From Bacteroidia bacterium (GTDB lineage: Bacteria; Bacteroidota; Bacteroidia; JADZBD01), in the NCBI GenBank assembly GCA_020054095.1, contig JAGVMA010000068.1:10913-74912 (forward strand): a stretch of 64,000 nucleotides of DNA, in the 5' to 3' direction. Shown here one piece after another: positions 62,001 to 64,000 of this stretch (the stretch's first letter is position 1; every line of letters starts with the position of its first letter). Under the pieces are notes generated by a model, which saw nothing but the letters and a program-made list of their open reading frames with translations, had not been told where the DNA came from and did no database searches. Position numbers and translations under genes: made by a program.

Positions 62001-62184
62001 CATAAAAAAACATAGTATGTCCTGCTTGTATAACCACTGAGTCGGCTGCTGTAGGAACTTGTGCAGGGCTCCAAGCAGATGCAAAATGCCAAGTGCCTGA
62101 TGCTGCTACCGAAGTAAGTGTAACCGCAAACATATTTGAAGCAGACAGTACAGAAATAGCGAGGGAAATGTATAATTTTTTCAT
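59089..62184 (-). CDS. Large secreted Thr/Gly/Ser-rich beta-helix-like protein with probable T9SS C-terminal domain
   Basis: Signal peptide; SGTW..ASAW; roughly 78-aa F.N...GT.D...GNW...GTF repeats; NLISNPF; F...AT..YD...DA; ends YN.IG...GVYFVNI...TRKIVI. Confidence 0.82.
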   Translation of the reverse strand: MKKLYISLAISVLSASNMFAVTLTSVAASGTWHFASAWSPAQVPTAADSVVIQAGHTMFFYGGSCLAANVQVGGTLSLNTTITIMRTLNVAGTLNGSGAISFSGTGHLLSGSGAFSSSGNYTFAGTGTINNATTITKAGNIILNTGVTVTNNGTINLVGGSLTLASGSNFINNTNASLLLSTSVTSSGGTLTATANPNTVTYSSSAGIFAAAGNTYHHLSLSNAGTKALLANTQVNGNFTINAAGSPSYNGNGFLLSVAGNWTNGVGIGNTSNAAVTFNGSSTQNINKSAQENFTNLTIASSGTVLMGCNIQVTGSITINSGTFDASTANRAIYISGNWDNTGGTFTPRNGTVIFQATSGTQTISKTSPPETFANVIKQNAGTATVNSSIALTGNMTITGGTLDGGSTSSTIFVNGNWSRTAGTFSGGNGTVNMINTGTRTLTAIGGETYNNFVMNKTAGGSVTLGSAITCTGTFTLTAGTFDVSTSNHSVTIAGNTAFNATLNSRSGNFTFNRASGLQLVTATVATTFYDLTVNCTGVGIRTTTGTYTITNSITPTLGMFQNTGGTITLVSNATKTAIIGSGSGTFFGTFILQRFISSRPANWHDFGSAVTSSTLSDWDGSVTNEMYMSGVGGPDGDACCPTFQSVTTYDEAAADYVAVTSVSTSLTPTVGYQIFLGDDLTTWTATRSLDTRGTPNSGTQTANLTFSASADPGANLISNPFHSHVDFSLLTTFNVDPTFYMLDNNGNYNSFTGSVSIPPMQGFFVYALGAGAFVDFEQSSKTTSTSSAFNRIVQPTYGLRLKLTGKGTDYWHEISINFDENATKNYDLGLDARYVKTPVKLAPSICMIGADNILTTRNTFAPTQHDVIALKTKIGFDGNYSITLSGIENAAQYSCIILEDLQLGTRVNLKDNQIYSFDAKVDDDQNRFVLHLISENANCVDVTSKLQKPVSENMISVNSNGSANPQIQFNLDELTNVSYTVYNAIGELISTKNISAFKQAVDINIETAGVYFVNINVNNSTLTRKIVINK

Positions 62185-62333
62185 GCCTTTTTTTGTTTTT
62201 ATTTAGTACAAATAGGTAATAAAACTAACCTAAGGATATTCGCAATTCAGATTTATTTGGTTTCTTTGTAAAAGTAGAAAAAAATACAACACAGTAAAGC
62301 ATTCAACTTTAATTTTTTTAAACATATTCACCC

Positions 62334-64000
62334 TTGCAAGGCAACATAAAATCAAGTAATTCAATTGTTACGTTAGACGATTTGATGTTTTTATGGCGCA
62401 TCGTCAAAAAAAACTGGTACATCGTTCTTATATGTGCAAGCTTGGCATACGTTATCGCCTACTTTTATGTTTTTAAATTAACTGATATTTATCAGGCAAA
62501 AACCGAGTTGCTTCTCAAAACCAATGAAGAATACAATCCCAGCAGTGTAATCTCCGAAAACTATGGTGGTTACTATTCATCATATATTGATAACTCAAAT
62601 GAAATAAGAATAATACAGTCATACGATTTGATAAAGCAGGCAATTAATTGCCTCAATATGAATGTGTCTTATTTTGTTGTAGGCAGAATAAGAACTACAG
62701 AAGTTTATGAAGGAATCCCATTTGAAGTGAAAATTGTGAATATTAATCCACAGTTTTACCAAGCGCCTTTTAAATTTAAAGTAATAAATACTAACGAATA
62801 TAAATTAGAATACCTCTCGAATGGCAAAGAGGTGGTGATCCAAAACCAGTTTAATAAAGAATTGGTTACCAACGATTTCATCTTTAATATCATCAAAAAA
62901 GAATCAATTAACGAGCGTACGATAAAAGATTTTGTGAAAATCGAATACCTTTTTACGGCTCATAGTGAAACTGCGCTTGTATATAAATTTATGTCAGGCA
63001 TAAAAGTAGAAAACCCTGACTATACAAACATACTTCGTATTACACTTGAGGATGTAATTCCACAAAGAGCAATTGTTTTTTTAGACACACTTGCGCAAGT
63101 TTATATGCGAAACAGTTTAAAATCCGAATTCGAAATAAACGAAAAAACGCTTACATATATTAATAAACAAATGGAAGAAATATCTTTTATGCTTGATAAC
63201 ATAGAAGATACTATGCAGAACTATAAAGAGATAAAAGACATTGTGGATTTTGGAATGCAAAAGAATGACTACTACTCTAAGTTCGCTAAGTACGACAACG
63301 AAAAATCAAATTTAATACTCGAGCAGCAGGCGCTTCTTGATTTAGAAGATTACATAATAAAGAATAAAGATCCTGAATTATTGCCACCATCGGTTTATAT
63401 TTCAACTAACGATATTTTTTTGGAAGGAAGAGTGGGCGAACTTTATGCACTCCAGCTTAGTAGAATTAGCGCATTGTCTTCTGCCACGCTTGAAAGCCCT
63501 GTTTTGAAGGAAATAGATGCAAAAATTACCAAACTTAAAGGTAATTTACTCACCTATATATCCAATCTTAAAGTAGCTCTCAGTAATAAAATGAATGACA
63601 TAAATGGTCGCATTGATAATTACATAGGCAATATAAAAACACTTCCACAAAAAGAACGAGACATTACAAATATTCAGAGAAAACTACAGGTGAATGAAAA
63701 CCTGTATTTATTTCTATTGCAAAAAAGAGCAAACACAACTATTGCAAAAGCCGGTATAATTCCTCAAATACGGGTTATAGAATTTGCCCGCTCAATGGGA
63801 GTAGTGAAACCCGACAGAAAAAAAATCACTAATAACTTTCTCATTTTTGGTGCTGTTTTAGGTTTGCTAATTGTTTTGATGCGTGTAATTTTCTTTGATA
63901 AAATAGAGAGTGTAGCCGAATTAAAACAGAAAACACATTTACCTGTTATTGGCGAAGTATTATTTGCGCCATCCATTAAAGAACTTGTGATAGCAGTTGA
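62334..64000 (+). CDS. wzc: Polysaccharide co-polymerase/tyrosine autokinase Wzc (GumC family), 3' truncated by window; absent from ORF track
   Basis: My translation from TTG 62334: ...LWRIVKKNWYIVLIC (TM)...IYQAKTELLLK...NEIRIIQS...ENLYLFLLQKR...VKPDRKK (TM)...LPVIGEV. The kinase domain would lie beyond the window. Confidence 0.85.
   Translation, partial: MQGNIKSSNSIVTLDDLMFLWRIVKKNWYIVLICASLAYVIAYFYVFKLTDIYQAKTELLLKTNEEYNPSSVISENYGGYYSSYIDNSNEIRIIQSYDLIKQAINCLNMNVSYFVVGRIRTTEVYEGIPFEVKIVNINPQFYQAPFKFKVINTNEYKLEYLSNGKEVVIQNQFNKELVTNDFIFNIIKKESINERTIKDFVKIEYLFTAHSETALVYKFMSGIKVENPDYTNILRITLEDVIPQRAIVFLDTLAQVYMRNSLKSEFEINEKTLTYINKQMEEISFMLDNIEDTMQNYKEIKDIVDFGMQKNDYYSKFAKYDNEKSNLILEQQALLDLEDYIIKNKDPELLPPSVYISTNDIFLEGRVGELYALQLSRISALSSATLESPVLKEIDAKITKLKGNLLTYISNLKVALSNKMNDINGRIDNYIGNIKTLPQKERDITNIQRKLQVNENLYLFLLQKRANTTIAKAGIIPQIRVIEFARSMGVVKPDRKKITNNFLIFGAVLGLLIVLMRVIFFDKIESVAELKQKTHLPVIGEVLFAPSIKELVIAV

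Noticed and set aside
60299..62092. Several 65-165 aa ORFs overlapping the large beta-helix gene
   Set aside because: Antisense or alternate-frame shadows of Thr/Gly-rich coding sequence. The other short nested ORFs in the track are rejected likewise.
63764..63976. 70-aa minus-strand ORF and apparent 1.8-kb non-coding end of the window
   Set aside because: The region is the plus-strand wzc ORF, missed because its stop lies beyond the window.

Overview
AT-rich, gene-dense chromosomal segment from a Bacteroidota bacterium, indicated by many type IX secretion (T9SS) C-terminal domains, TAnnTTTG -7 promoters, a fused 2-oxoacid dehydrogenase E1, a PorE-like OmpA protein and DUF3857 proteins. Housekeeping genes (mqnE, recR, ftsB, eno, recN, fabI, bioA, coaE, yajC, dbpA-like helicase, rluF, glyA) are interleaved with secreted and envelope genes. 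I saw no rRNA, tRNA, CRISPR array, integrase or transposase. Loci most worth follow-up: (1) 57.8-64 kb, an operon of large T9SS cargo, tiny Pro-rich PID-CTERM peptide, exosortase and partner membrane protein, divergent from a Wzc gene missing from the ORF track; (2) 14.1-23.3 kb, a DpaA/YafK-type enzyme, TPR-MORN scaffold, active plus inactive DUF3857 transglutaminase pair and HTH-less sigma54 activator; (3) an uncharacterised wHTH/TPR-like gene divergent from a LamG T9SS gene, with a helically phased direct repeat at the promoter; (4) a TPR membrane sensor that stops just before the expected PP2C domain; (5) a coupled CotH kinase and TMTC-like glycosyltransferase pair. An unannotated DUF1801-like pseudogene is also present. 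All calls come from reading motifs by eye; no searches were run.
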